Shown piece after piece: positions 38,050 through 46,862 of a stretch of DNA of 64,000 bases (position 1 is the stretch's first letter; the number at the start of each line of letters is the position of its first letter). The position numbers and the translations under genes are program-made. The stretch lies in sequence record MN850647.1; one strand, given 5' to 3'. A model generated the notes under the pieces. It searched no databases. It had not been told where the DNA came from and worked only from the letters and a program-made list of their open reading frames with translations. This DNA comes from Escherichia phage tootiki.

Positions 38050-38350
38050 AGTTTACCTTCTCGGTTAGCTCATATAAATCAACATGCTCAATACTATCAA
38101 TGTTGATATCAATCTTTTTGAAACGCTCCTTCACTTCGTTGTCAGTCATCCATATCAGACACCAATGATTATGGATGGATTCTTCAAGAAGTTCAACACA
38201 ATCTTTGAAAGTTTTTGTATCACTTCTCGTTCCAACTACTGCGATTGTTCCATATAGCCACTTACCATTGCCATAAGACACTTGTGCTACGCCAACTTCT
38301 TTACCTTTCTCGTAGTAAACGGCTACAAAGTCTCTTCCATTAATCTGCAT
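38024..38350 (-). CDS. hypothetical protein
   Basis: 108 aa. Confidence 0.45.
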   Translation of the reverse strand: MQINGRDFVAVYYEKGKEVGVAQVSYGNGKWLYGTIAVVGTRSDTKTFKDCVELLEESIHNHWCLIWMTDNEVKERFKKIDINIDSIEHVDLYELTEKVNYESNTSQR

Positions 38351-38352
38351 AG

Positions 38353-38622
38353 TTACTTCCTCGTTTTAAGAACTGCTAAGATTTCTTTAGAGTCTGGTAA
38401 GAACCACGTGTAGTGATTCTCTTTGATTTCTGGATGAGTGTCAACCTTTATTTTGCAGTCTTTACCGACATGCTTAAGCTGTGCTGTGACACCTTGCATA
38501 AAGATATGACACATCACATTATCCATAATGGTTGGTATGAAGTCAATTCGCATATAAGTTTCTTTTGGTCGCGGTAACAGTAAGTACCCTTCTACGTAAA
38601 AAGTATCTTCATGCTCTGTCAT
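38353..38622 (-). CDS. hypothetical protein
   Basis: 89 aa. Confidence 0.45.
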   Translation of the reverse strand: MTEHEDTFYVEGYLLLPRPKETYMRIDFIPTIMDNVMCHIFMQGVTAQLKHVGKDCKIKVDTHPEIKENHYTWFLPDSKEILAVLKTRK

Positions 38623-38624
38623 TG

Positions 38625-38888
38625 CTATTTATTTCCTAATAAAATCATATCAATAAGGTTATTAGCTTTGATTGTGCACTGGTAAAATCCATCACGATAG
38701 AACTCAAGGGCTGCTGCTACATCACTGCCTGTGTTGCCTTTGATGGTATACCGTGATTCTTCTTGAGTGTACTTGTCACTCTCACTTACTTGGGAGTTTT
38801 TGAATGTACTGTTCACTTTGTTCGTTGAACACCCTGACATAATTATCAGTAACACAAACATTATAAAACTCTGGCTTAGTTTTTTCAT
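38625..38888 (-). CDS. putative lipoprotein (o-spanin or exclusion lipoprotein candidate)
   Basis: signal peptide with IIMSGC lipobox-like motif; start embedded in 3' end of upstream TM protein gene. Confidence 0.35.
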   Translation of the reverse strand: MKKLSQSFIMFVLLIIMSGCSTNKVNSTFKNSQVSESDKYTQEESRYTIKGNTGSDVAAALEFYRDGFYQCTIKANNLIDMILLGNK

Positions 38889-39129
38889 ATGTTAGTACCT
38901 CTTTTGTATGCTTATTCTTAGCAAGCACATCTTTCAAATCATTTTTGTAATTGGTGCTCAGTGTGACTAAACCTTCCTGATAAGCATCTTTAGCAACACT
39001 GATTAGTTTCTCATTGTTTAGCTCAGCTTCAGCAACTTGATAGTCTCTGTAAGAGTATCCTCCCCAGACACCTGCTCCAACTAAGAAAACAATTATGAAA
39101 GTAGCTTGACAGAACTCTTTAAATGTCAT
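38782..39129 (-). CDS. membrane protein with N-terminal TM helix (i-spanin candidate)
   Basis: 115 aa, N-terminal TM then coiled-coil-like periplasmic part; overlaps lipoprotein gene. Confidence 0.35.
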   Translation of the reverse strand: MTFKEFCQATFIIVFLVGAGVWGGYSYRDYQVAEAELNNEKLISVAKDAYQEGLVTLSTNYKNDLKDVLAKNKHTKEVLTYEKTKPEFYNVCVTDNYVRVFNEQSEQYIQKLPSK

Positions 39130-39148
39130 TTAACAATCTCCTGAAATG

Positions 39149-39170
39149 AAAAAGGCTCCCGAAGGAGCCT
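39149..39170 (-). terminator. intrinsic terminator (GGCTCC-TTCG-GGAGCC family)
   Basis: minus strand AGGCTCCTTCGGGAGCC followed by TTTTT. Confidence 0.6.
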
Positions 39171-39175
39171 GTGTA

Positions 39176-39988
39176 TTATTCTTGACTGTAATAGTTGACA
39201 AGTGAAATCGCTTGATTCATCAACAACTTATCAGCCTGTGCTCCGCGACCAGCTTGTAATGCCAGTTGGTATACCTCTGTAACATATTTGTTAGACATAC
39301 CTTCACAGTAGTCATTATAGTCTTCCCAAAAGGAAAATGCAGCATCACCATATAGGCGTAGTGTAATTAACATTGCTGCACGAATCCCAGAAGAATATTT
39401 CCGTTTTGCGTTTACTACACCTTTAAGCTGTACTTCAAGAGAATCAATTTGTTCCAGCTCATTTTTAAAGTCATTAAGATATTTAACTGTTTCAGTGTTA
39501 GAGACCTGTTGTACACCGTAGTATGCAGCAACATATTTAATAGCAGTTGCCCAAGATGCTTTCATCAGTTCTGACTCTGGGTTGAAAGAAATCATCTTCA
39601 TATTTCCGTAATAAACTTCTGAAGGTTTTTCTCTTGCTAACTCAGAGTCAAAATGAGTGTACAAATCTGTGACATCCAATATGGAGTTCACATGGTATAT
39701 AACTGCAATCAAGTTTTCTGGTCGTGTCAGGTTACCAACTTTCCATGCCTCTCGACGTGAGTGCCCATCAATGATGAACAGTGAACTGCCGAACTTAGCT
39801 ACATGGACTACTGTTTGGTCTGGTGATACGTCACCATTAAGGTGTTTACTTTTCAGACGCTTAAGTGTATTTCGTTGACGAGGGTTTTCTTTGTAACGTT
39901 TTTCATTAAGAAAATCCTCGACACTGATAATCTTAGTGTGAATTTTAACAACCTTGCCATTCAGTGCTACATTGATGCTGTTTGCCAT
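39176..39988 (-). CDS. ParB-like nuclease domain protein
   Basis: 270 aa; FIIDGHSRREAW resembles ParB/Srx DGxxR box. Confidence 0.45.
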   Translation of the reverse strand: MANSINVALNGKVVKIHTKIISVEDFLNEKRYKENPRQRNTLKRLKSKHLNGDVSPDQTVVHVAKFGSSLFIIDGHSRREAWKVGNLTRPENLIAVIYHVNSILDVTDLYTHFDSELAREKPSEVYYGNMKMISFNPESELMKASWATAIKYVAAYYGVQQVSNTETVKYLNDFKNELEQIDSLEVQLKGVVNAKRKYSSGIRAAMLITLRLYGDAAFSFWEDYNDYCEGMSNKYVTEVYQLALQAGRGAQADKLLMNQAISLVNYYSQE

Positions 39989-39999
39989 AACTTGATACC

Positions 40000-40884
40000 T
40001 TAGTTGTGAATAATTACTTCGTTAATATCTTTGCTTCTCTGTGCATGTATTGTGTATGAATGACTAACCTCTGTCAAGTTAAAATTTTCAGGAATTAGGT
40101 TTACCCATCCATCCCACTGAGAGTTTGACATCAAAACTTTAGAGCCTAACTCCCCCCAAGAAATCATATCTTCGCATAATTTTACAGACATCTCAATGTC
40201 AAACTTTGCACCATATTTCTGGTTGGTGTTGATATACGGGGGGTCACAGTAAATAACTGTGCCTTCTCCATGTTTTATGTCAACCCTGTCATAAGGTTCA
40301 CTGCTAAGTATTACCCTCTCATCGGTGATAAAACTGTAGAACTCAGACAGTGACTTCTTAGTTTTTGTGAAGAAAATCTCTTCTTCCAGCAAATACCCGC
40401 AAGGTGTTGCATAGTGACCTTTCATCTCTTTAGTAGTCTGCCATACACCACCAAAACTTAGTTTTTGAAGGAAAAACTGTCTGGCATAGTATCTGTAGTC
40501 ATATGCTCCCTCTTCACCAAGCAAAAGAAGTTCCTCTCTTACACTGTAATACATTTTATAGCGTAGACGGTTATGACGCTGACCTTTCACGGCATACTCT
40601 TCCTGCATAGGTAAGGCTAAGTACCTTTTTGACAAGTACTCAAATTCTTCCATGAAGTTTTCATAGTCATCTCTGAAAGTTGTGTAAAGACCTATAATAT
40701 GTTTATTTATCTCATTAATAAACACTTTTGCCTCTGGATATCTGTTATAAGCCCAGATAGCTACTGAACCACCACCTGAAAACAGGTCATAGAAGTTTTT
40801 ACAGTTGTCTGGAAAGACACCTAAACGCTCATATTCTTTCAGTATTCTTGTTTTACCACCAAGATACTTAAACATTGGTTTCAT
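40000..40884 (-). CDS. dam: DNA N6-adenine methyltransferase (Dam-like)
   Basis: FKYLGGK, LFSGGGSV (AdoMet motif I) and DPPY (motif IV). Confidence 0.75.
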   Translation of the reverse strand: MKPMFKYLGGKTRILKEYERLGVFPDNCKNFYDLFSGGGSVAIWAYNRYPEAKVFINEINKHIIGLYTTFRDDYENFMEEFEYLSKRYLALPMQEEYAVKGQRHNRLRYKMYYSVREELLLLGEEGAYDYRYYARQFFLQKLSFGGVWQTTKEMKGHYATPCGYLLEEEIFFTKTKKSLSEFYSFITDERVILSSEPYDRVDIKHGEGTVIYCDPPYINTNQKYGAKFDIEMSVKLCEDMISWGELGSKVLMSNSQWDGWVNLIPENFNLTEVSHSYTIHAQRSKDINEVIIHN

Positions 40885-40901
40885 TAGTACTCCTTGAATT
40901 T

Positions 40902-40923
40902 AAAAAGGCTCCCGAAGGAGCCT
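40902..40923 (-). terminator. intrinsic terminator (GGCTCC-TTCG-GGAGCC family)
   Basis: minus strand hairpin followed by T-run. Confidence 0.6.
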
Positions 40924-40934
40924 GTATCTTAACC

Positions 40935-41399
40935 TTAACCGAGGACTTTAGCAAGGATATTTGCAGCCATCGAAGAAGCTTTTGCAGCAGCAGCTACCCC
41001 AGCTTTGACAGTGCTATCCTTGATAGCAGATACCGTTGCAGCATCAGTAAAGAGATAAGTAGTTGTTTTAGAACCACTTGTAAAGGAAAGCATGAGAGCA
41101 GTTTCCAGATTGAAAGAGCGATACGGAGCACCTTCTTTAACAATACCTTCAGCACCTAATTCTGAAGCCATCCCCATATCATAGATAGTCATCAGGTTTT
41201 CTTTGTGTGCTGTCGTTGAGCCAGAACCTTTTACGTGTTTCTTAACATTCAAAAGAGCGCGATACTCTCGAACGTTACCATCTGCTTTTACGTTGACAGC
41301 ACGGAAGATTTTACCCTCAAAGTTGTTCTTGATAATGTTACGAACTACTTCAGATTTGTTTGCCGTGACGTCCAGTGCTACCGTAATGATATTGTTCAT
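40935..41399 (-). CDS. hypothetical protein
   Basis: 154 aa, Ala-rich C-terminus. Confidence 0.45.
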   Translation of the reverse strand: MNNIITVALDVTANKSEVVRNIIKNNFEGKIFRAVNVKADGNVREYRALLNVKKHVKGSGSTTAHKENLMTIYDMGMASELGAEGIVKEGAPYRSFNLETALMLSFTSGSKTTTYLFTDAATVSAIKDSTVKAGVAAAAKASSMAANILAKVLG

Positions 41400-41409
41400 A
41401 AGTTTTCTC

Positions 41410-42105
41410 TCAATGTTTAACTAACATGGTTTTGATGTGTGGAAGGATTCTGTTCACCTTCTGCACATTCTTCTCTGTATCTTCTATGAAACATACTATA
41501 TTAAAGTATGGCAGAATGCAAGACTGAATCATCCTCACTTTCAAACTTTCTGCACTTAAAGAATTAGTCCCAAAACCACGCATAAAAAGCATGTAATCAT
41601 GTTCTATATTGTGCCTCAAGAACATCTCAGTAGGTATTCTCTGAGTTTCACCTCTTGCTGTCAAGAGTCCGATAGTAGCATGATTAGCAATTGCATCAAT
41701 GATATTGAAAATATATGTTGGTTTTGCTCTTACAGAGTCAAGAAGATTAGTGTACTGTGAAAATGACCCGTCAGTCAACTCTGTTGAGTAATCTTCGTGA
41801 TTAAAATTTGTAAGAACTCCATCAATATCTGCTAAGATGAGGTTACCTTTTTCTACAAGGTCTTTGTTAACTATGACTAGGCTATCACGTCTTACACCTA
41901 TGGCTTTCCCAGTCTCTTTATCGACAACATTAACAATTGGTTCTGATGTGTGGAACTCTTCAAGTGAACATACAACTTCTCTTGCGGTGTCTTCAAAATC
42001 CCTGCACTGTTCTGGAGTCCATACACAGGAATCAAGACCTAACTCATGAGGATGTAAGTCATAAGCATGGCACAATACTTCATCAGACTTTCTTAATTTT
42101 TTCAT
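41410..42105 (-). CDS. HAD-superfamily phosphatase/nucleotidase
   Basis: LADIDGVLTNF (HAD motif I DxDG) and GLLTARG (motif II). Confidence 0.55.
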   Translation of the reverse strand: MKKLRKSDEVLCHAYDLHPHELGLDSCVWTPEQCRDFEDTAREVVCSLEEFHTSEPIVNVVDKETGKAIGVRRDSLVIVNKDLVEKGNLILADIDGVLTNFNHEDYSTELTDGSFSQYTNLLDSVRAKPTYIFNIIDAIANHATIGLLTARGETQRIPTEMFLRHNIEHDYMLFMRGFGTNSLSAESLKVRMIQSCILPYFNIVCFIEDTEKNVQKVNRILPHIKTMLVKH

Positions 42106-42631
42106 GATTTACCTTAGAAATGTTTGTTGCAAATTCGCATTGAGCAATCGCTTTCATGTTGTTATAGACATCTTGAGAATATTTCTTAGCTTTAGGTATT
42201 TTGTACGAATACCCAGCATTATAAGATGCTAAAACTTTTTGTAAAGTCTTCTTTGACTTTGGATGACCATGTACCTTTGTCCAAAACTCAAGCTCTTTGT
42301 GGGTTTCCTTCGCAGCATAGTCAAAGTCTTTTAAGAGTTTCTTTTTAGCCACATTAGGACTAATTTTGTTACGCTTTACAACAGTCTTCAAGTGATTCTG
42401 GAAAATACCATAATCGTGTGTCTTTTTATTCTCTACCTTCAGACCTAACTCTGACTCTTGTAAGGCTATAGCAGCTAGAGTGATACCCCAACCTTTACCC
42501 ATGTTATTCTCACCATACTGGTAAGCTTTTAACATGTTTACTTTTTGGCTAATTGATAGCTCTGGGCAGTCAACTGCATAAGATAAGTGTGCTGTAAACA
42601 TTAAGCACAAACCTAGAATCAACTTCTTCAT
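42083..42631 (-). CDS. secreted lytic transglycosylase (SLT domain)
   Basis: N-terminal signal peptide; QESELG, YGIFQ and YNAGYS motifs. Confidence 0.6.
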   Translation of the reverse strand: MKKLILGLCLMFTAHLSYAVDCPELSISQKVNMLKAYQYGENNMGKGWGITLAAIALQESELGLKVENKKTHDYGIFQNHLKTVVKRNKISPNVAKKKLLKDFDYAAKETHKELEFWTKVHGHPKSKKTLQKVLASYNAGYSYKIPKAKKYSQDVYNNMKAIAQCEFATNISKVNHEKIKKV

Positions 42632-42695
42632 TGGTTCTCCTGTTTAGTTTATCGTGACAACAATTATACAGCACTCTGCACAAAATACAAATAAA

Positions 42696-42716
42696 AAAGG
42701 CCGCCGAAGCAGCCTT
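42696..42716 (-). terminator. intrinsic terminator
   Basis: minus strand GGCTGC-TTCG-GCGGCC followed by TTTTTT. Confidence 0.55.
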
Positions 42717-42731
42717 TTAAGAAATTACTTA

Positions 42732-43841
42732 TTAGATTTCACGTTTACGTTGGGAGATAAGTTCTCCAGCAGTGCCAACGATGACATGCAAAGCTTCAGT
42801 CTTACCATCCCATTCTTTCAGCACTTTACGTTGATTATCAACGATTGCTGCAACTTCATAACGAGACGAACGCATCTTCATATCGTTGTAATCAGTTGGA
42901 ACGGATACAACATCTCGTGGGTGGACACGAACCTTCAGGATTGTATCACCTGAGAAGTAACGAACATAATCCCAAGCACCAACATGAAGACCTTGAGAGC
43001 AAGTCACGTTACGATTGTTATCAACCATCCAACGTGGCATTTCTACAATGTTACCCAAATCATTAGGTACTCTGTAGGTATGAGAATCAACCAGCTTGCC
43101 CTCATGAGTAGAGACTTTCTTCCAACCAATGATGTAACCTTCTTCATCGATTTCAACATCAAGGTGGGATACGAAGCCCCAAAGTTGTTCTACAGAATCT
43201 TTAGATGGGTTTTCCATCAGTTTTTCGAAGAACATCACAAGGCGTTCAAAACACTTATCTCCAGTCTTCATCATGTGAAGAATACGGTCAACCAGAGTAG
43301 AACGCATCTCAACAGCACCATAGAATAACTTGTCACCTTTGATGGTGATAGCACCCTGAGTGAAGTTTTCGATAGACTTACGAATGTTCATCAGTTCGAA
43401 AGCTTTCTTATACTCACCAGATACAACAGCCATCACGATTTCTTTGTAGTTCGGATGGGTAGATTCAACGATTTCAGAATCTGCACCGAAAGTCATGATA
43501 ACAGAGTCGCCAGTAATCATGTACTCAATCTGGTTGCCATTCTGCATAGCTTCATGCAGTTTATTTACCGGAACTTTCTGTACATCCTCTTTAACAACCT
43601 TTTTAACTGGCTTGTCAGCTTTCTTTTTAAAGGTCTTAGCAACTTGCTTCAAAGTCTTCGTAGCTGGTGTAGAAGTCGCCTTCTTATTACCTTTTAAGGT
43701 TGCTTCATGACGCTCTACAGCACGACCGACTGAACGGGTTGAGGTGTTAAATTTCTGTGCAATAGCTGTTTTAGTCAGCTTGCCCTCTTTAACCAGTTTG
43801 TAAATTTCTGCGTCAATCTGTGCTTTAGTTTTAGTAGTCAT
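42732..43841 (-). CDS. rIIB-like protein
   Basis: 369 aa encoded immediately downstream of rIIA-like GHKL protein; assignment by synteny only. Confidence 0.35.
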   Translation of the reverse strand: MTTKTKAQIDAEIYKLVKEGKLTKTAIAQKFNTSTRSVGRAVERHEATLKGNKKATSTPATKTLKQVAKTFKKKADKPVKKVVKEDVQKVPVNKLHEAMQNGNQIEYMITGDSVIMTFGADSEIVESTHPNYKEIVMAVVSGEYKKAFELMNIRKSIENFTQGAITIKGDKLFYGAVEMRSTLVDRILHMMKTGDKCFERLVMFFEKLMENPSKDSVEQLWGFVSHLDVEIDEEGYIIGWKKVSTHEGKLVDSHTYRVPNDLGNIVEMPRWMVDNNRNVTCSQGLHVGAWDYVRYFSGDTILKVRVHPRDVVSVPTDYNDMKMRSSRYEVAAIVDNQRKVLKEWDGKTEALHVIVGTAGELISQRKREI

Positions 43842-43886
43842 CTTATTACTCTCTCTTGTTAGTTAATAACTCATTTTGTGAGGCTA

Positions 43887-43915
43887 TTCTAAGGGGCTTT
43901 GAAGCCCCTTGTCAA
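43887..43915 (-). promoter_or_regulatory. sigma70-like promoter with hairpin-forming spacer
   Basis: minus strand TTGACA, 17 nt spacer AGGGGCTTCAAAGCCCC, TTAGAAT. Confidence 0.5.
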
Positions 43916-43920
43916 GCACT

Positions 43921-46287
43921 TTAATCGTAAACTGTTGTACCTTCTGGAACACATTTCACATTAAAGCCCAAAAACTTACTCACTTCAATAGGTGACACTT
44001 TATTCCAATCTAAATGGGAAAGCAAGAAGTTTTCTTGTTTTCTTTTTGAAAGGTAGTTTGCCAACTTAATAACCATGCGGTCGCCAGCTTTCTTAATTTT
44101 CTTGTAAAGCTTTGTATCATTGTCAAGACATTCTTTCAAAGTCTTCAACACACTAATAGTGTAAGTGTATGCAAATGGTGCAGCAACATACTGGATTTTA
44201 CCGAAAATTGCCTCTACAGCCTCTTCGTTACCTTCTAGGAAGATAGTTTTGCTAGTATCTCGTGAATAGCAATAGCCACGAGAAATCTTCCTGTTATTGA
44301 ACGTAAAGTTTCTGGCAATAATCCAACTGCTTGTAAGGTTAAGAACACCGTCCATGTAGATGCGTGTCATATACCTGTTATGATTAATCCAGTGAACATC
44401 AGTTAAGCTGTCGTTCAAGAGCTTCTCATCTACTTCAATCCAGTCTTCTGGTATCTTTTTCCAATTTGCTTTTCGGAAAACATAGACTGTCTTCCCTATA
44501 ACATTAGCAACTGACTTCGCTACATCTTCTGGAGATGAGCAAAAGCATTCGCCATCAACTGTGTCACCTACTGCCTTAATGTAAAGCTGGGGTTCTTCAA
44601 TTGTGTCTAAGTCTTCTGACACCTCTGTGTATGAAGCTACAGATTCTGCTGGAACTGCTTTCCAAAGCTTTACAACACCCCTTACAGCTTCTTTGCGCTG
44701 GTAATGGTGCTCCTTATCAGACATTTTCACAATCTTTAACAAGCTTTTATCAAGTTTGTGCAGATTGATTAAATCATCTAACTCTTTTTCAGTCGAGAAT
44801 ACAAACACAATACCATTGTATCTGTGAAACAGGCTTGACTCGTTGGCGTAGTCTCGACATGCACCACGCAAGATTTGATTGCGGCCTACAGTCTTCTCAG
44901 TACCATTTTTATTGCGACGGTCATTAATCACGAACAAAAACTGTTCAATTTGGCTTTTACGCATTGCACCAAAGATATTGAACATACTTGCCTCTTGAGT
45001 GTAGGAAAGTGCTGTTGCACGAATCTTACTCTCTAAAGAGTTGAACTTGACATAAGCAACTGGGTCATAAAGATAATCTACTTTAGGTATATTGTTCCCG
45101 TTCCTATCAACCTTAATATTACCTTTACCGTCACGTTCATAAATGACTGAGCCGTCTTCTGCGTAGATAATTCCACGACGAATGTTTAGTAACTCTTCTT
45201 CCAGAGAATCAAGCTTAACACCGCCCCACTCTAGCTTTGGACACACAGCATTAAACATCTCTCGTGAGTTCAAACGTAACTCAGCATAAGACTGTGCAGC
45301 ATCCATGAGTGTAGGTTGGCTATTAACTTTCTTGATAACATCCTTTGTAATCGCTTCAGTTATCTTTTTAGTAGCCTCAATGATAACATTTTTTGTCGTA
45401 TCATTCATCTGCAATGCTTCACGAGAAGCTGCAATAGCAACTGAACCAATAGGCATGTAGATGTTTACAAGGTCTACGCTCCTACGGAAAAATTCTGGCA
45501 AGATTTTGAAGAAATCATCACCAAGTAATGCTTCCATGTTCACTGGATAGGCAATATTACCCATAACCACGTTAAACTCTGTTCTATTGCTGCTTGAACG
45601 CCAGCTATGCTTATGAGTCATGGCATCATAGACACCTTCTTCACGAGCAATCACATCCATATCTGCTAATATATCATTATACTCCACATTACTCTCTGGT
45701 TTTACAGCAAAGTATGAGTATACATTACCAGCCTCTTCAAAGAACTTTGAAATACGGTGGTCAGCAACTGCTACACGTACAGCTAAACCATTAGGTTCAT
45801 TTGTTGGGTTAGTAGTAAGCTTAGTTACTTGAGGAATACCATTCTCAAGGTAAACAGAGTACTTATTAACAACACCATCAACATAACTAGATACTGTGAA
45901 TGACTGAGCAATTGCAAATGGGGATTTTGAGCCGATACCCATTGCACCAATGTAATCATTAGAGTCATTCTTCGTAGAAGCCCCGTAGTTCAGATACAAA
46001 CTCATTACTTTGTCGTGGGTTAAACCAGTTCCAAAGTCACGGACTTCAAAGTAAGGCTCAAATCGAGTAGGTAAATGCACATGGAATGGGATGTTCTCTT
46101 TTCCAGCTTCTTTCTGAGCATCCACTGCATTACATGACAGTTCACGAATCACTGCTCGCTCTTTAAATGTGTATACACCAGAACTCAAAAGGCTGAACAT
46201 TTCAGGTGTCATTGTAATCTGTGCTTGAGATGTCTCCAAAGAAGTTGAACTCTTAATCACTTCTGCGTGGTCGTTTACCATGCGCAT
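43921..46287 (-). CDS. rIIA: rIIA-like protein with GHKL ATPase domain
   Basis: 788 aa; N-box RELSCNAVDA and G1-box DFGTGLT typical of Bergerat-fold ATPases. Confidence 0.5.
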   Translation of the reverse strand: MRMVNDHAEVIKSSTSLETSQAQITMTPEMFSLLSSGVYTFKERAVIRELSCNAVDAQKEAGKENIPFHVHLPTRFEPYFEVRDFGTGLTHDKVMSLYLNYGASTKNDSNDYIGAMGIGSKSPFAIAQSFTVSSYVDGVVNKYSVYLENGIPQVTKLTTNPTNEPNGLAVRVAVADHRISKFFEEAGNVYSYFAVKPESNVEYNDILADMDVIAREEGVYDAMTHKHSWRSSSNRTEFNVVMGNIAYPVNMEALLGDDFFKILPEFFRRSVDLVNIYMPIGSVAIAASREALQMNDTTKNVIIEATKKITEAITKDVIKKVNSQPTLMDAAQSYAELRLNSREMFNAVCPKLEWGGVKLDSLEEELLNIRRGIIYAEDGSVIYERDGKGNIKVDRNGNNIPKVDYLYDPVAYVKFNSLESKIRATALSYTQEASMFNIFGAMRKSQIEQFLFVINDRRNKNGTEKTVGRNQILRGACRDYANESSLFHRYNGIVFVFSTEKELDDLINLHKLDKSLLKIVKMSDKEHHYQRKEAVRGVVKLWKAVPAESVASYTEVSEDLDTIEEPQLYIKAVGDTVDGECFCSSPEDVAKSVANVIGKTVYVFRKANWKKIPEDWIEVDEKLLNDSLTDVHWINHNRYMTRIYMDGVLNLTSSWIIARNFTFNNRKISRGYCYSRDTSKTIFLEGNEEAVEAIFGKIQYVAAPFAYTYTISVLKTLKECLDNDTKLYKKIKKAGDRMVIKLANYLSKRKQENFLLSHLDWNKVSPIEVSKFLGFNVKCVPEGTTVYD

Positions 46288-46473
46288 AATACTTTCCTCT
46301 TAGTTTACTGTTAAATTACTTATTAAACATTTTACCAGAACCACCACAAATAGGGCAACAACCTGCTCTTGTATACCCTTCCCCGTTGCAGTAATCACAC
46401 TTCTTGCACTCTGCATAGTACTTGCAAAGAAGGTAAACAAATACTGCTACACTACCAAGTGATAGTAAAATTT

Positions 46474-46809
46474 CTATCCAATATGCTTGCATGACTCACC
46501 TCTCATGTTTTTGTAAAGGATAAAGCTTCTGTCATGAATGATACTTGTAGATACTGCAAAGTTACTTTCAAGCATCTGTTTGTTTGGATTGTAGAAGCTT
46601 TTTTTAAACTCGTCAAGCGCAAACTGGTGATGTTGTGGAAGACCTTTTACACAAACCTTTATTGTGATTGCTGCTGCAACCTTTCCAGTCAGTTCTTCTT
46701 TAGCTGCTACTAAAATTTTGTTAAGAAACTTATGGCCATCTTCAGGCTTATTGATGTTCTCCCAACGTTCTTCTAAGACAATGTTGATGTTCATCTCTTT
46801 GATTTTCAT
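46474..46809 (-). CDS. hypothetical protein
   Basis: 111 aa. Confidence 0.45.
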   Translation of the reverse strand: MKIKEMNINIVLEERWENINKPEDGHKFLNKILVAAKEELTGKVAAAITIKVCVKGLPQHHQFALDEFKKSFYNPNKQMLESNFAVSTSIIHDRSFILYKNMRGESCKHIG

Positions 46810-46826
46810 AGTTTTCTCCAGAAATT

Positions 46827-46848
46827 AAAAAGGCTCCCGTAGGAGCCT
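46827..46848 (-). terminator. intrinsic terminator (GGCTCC family)
   Basis: minus strand AGGCTCCTACGGGAGCC followed by TTTTT. Confidence 0.6.
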
Positions 46849-46862
46849 CTTATCATATACTT

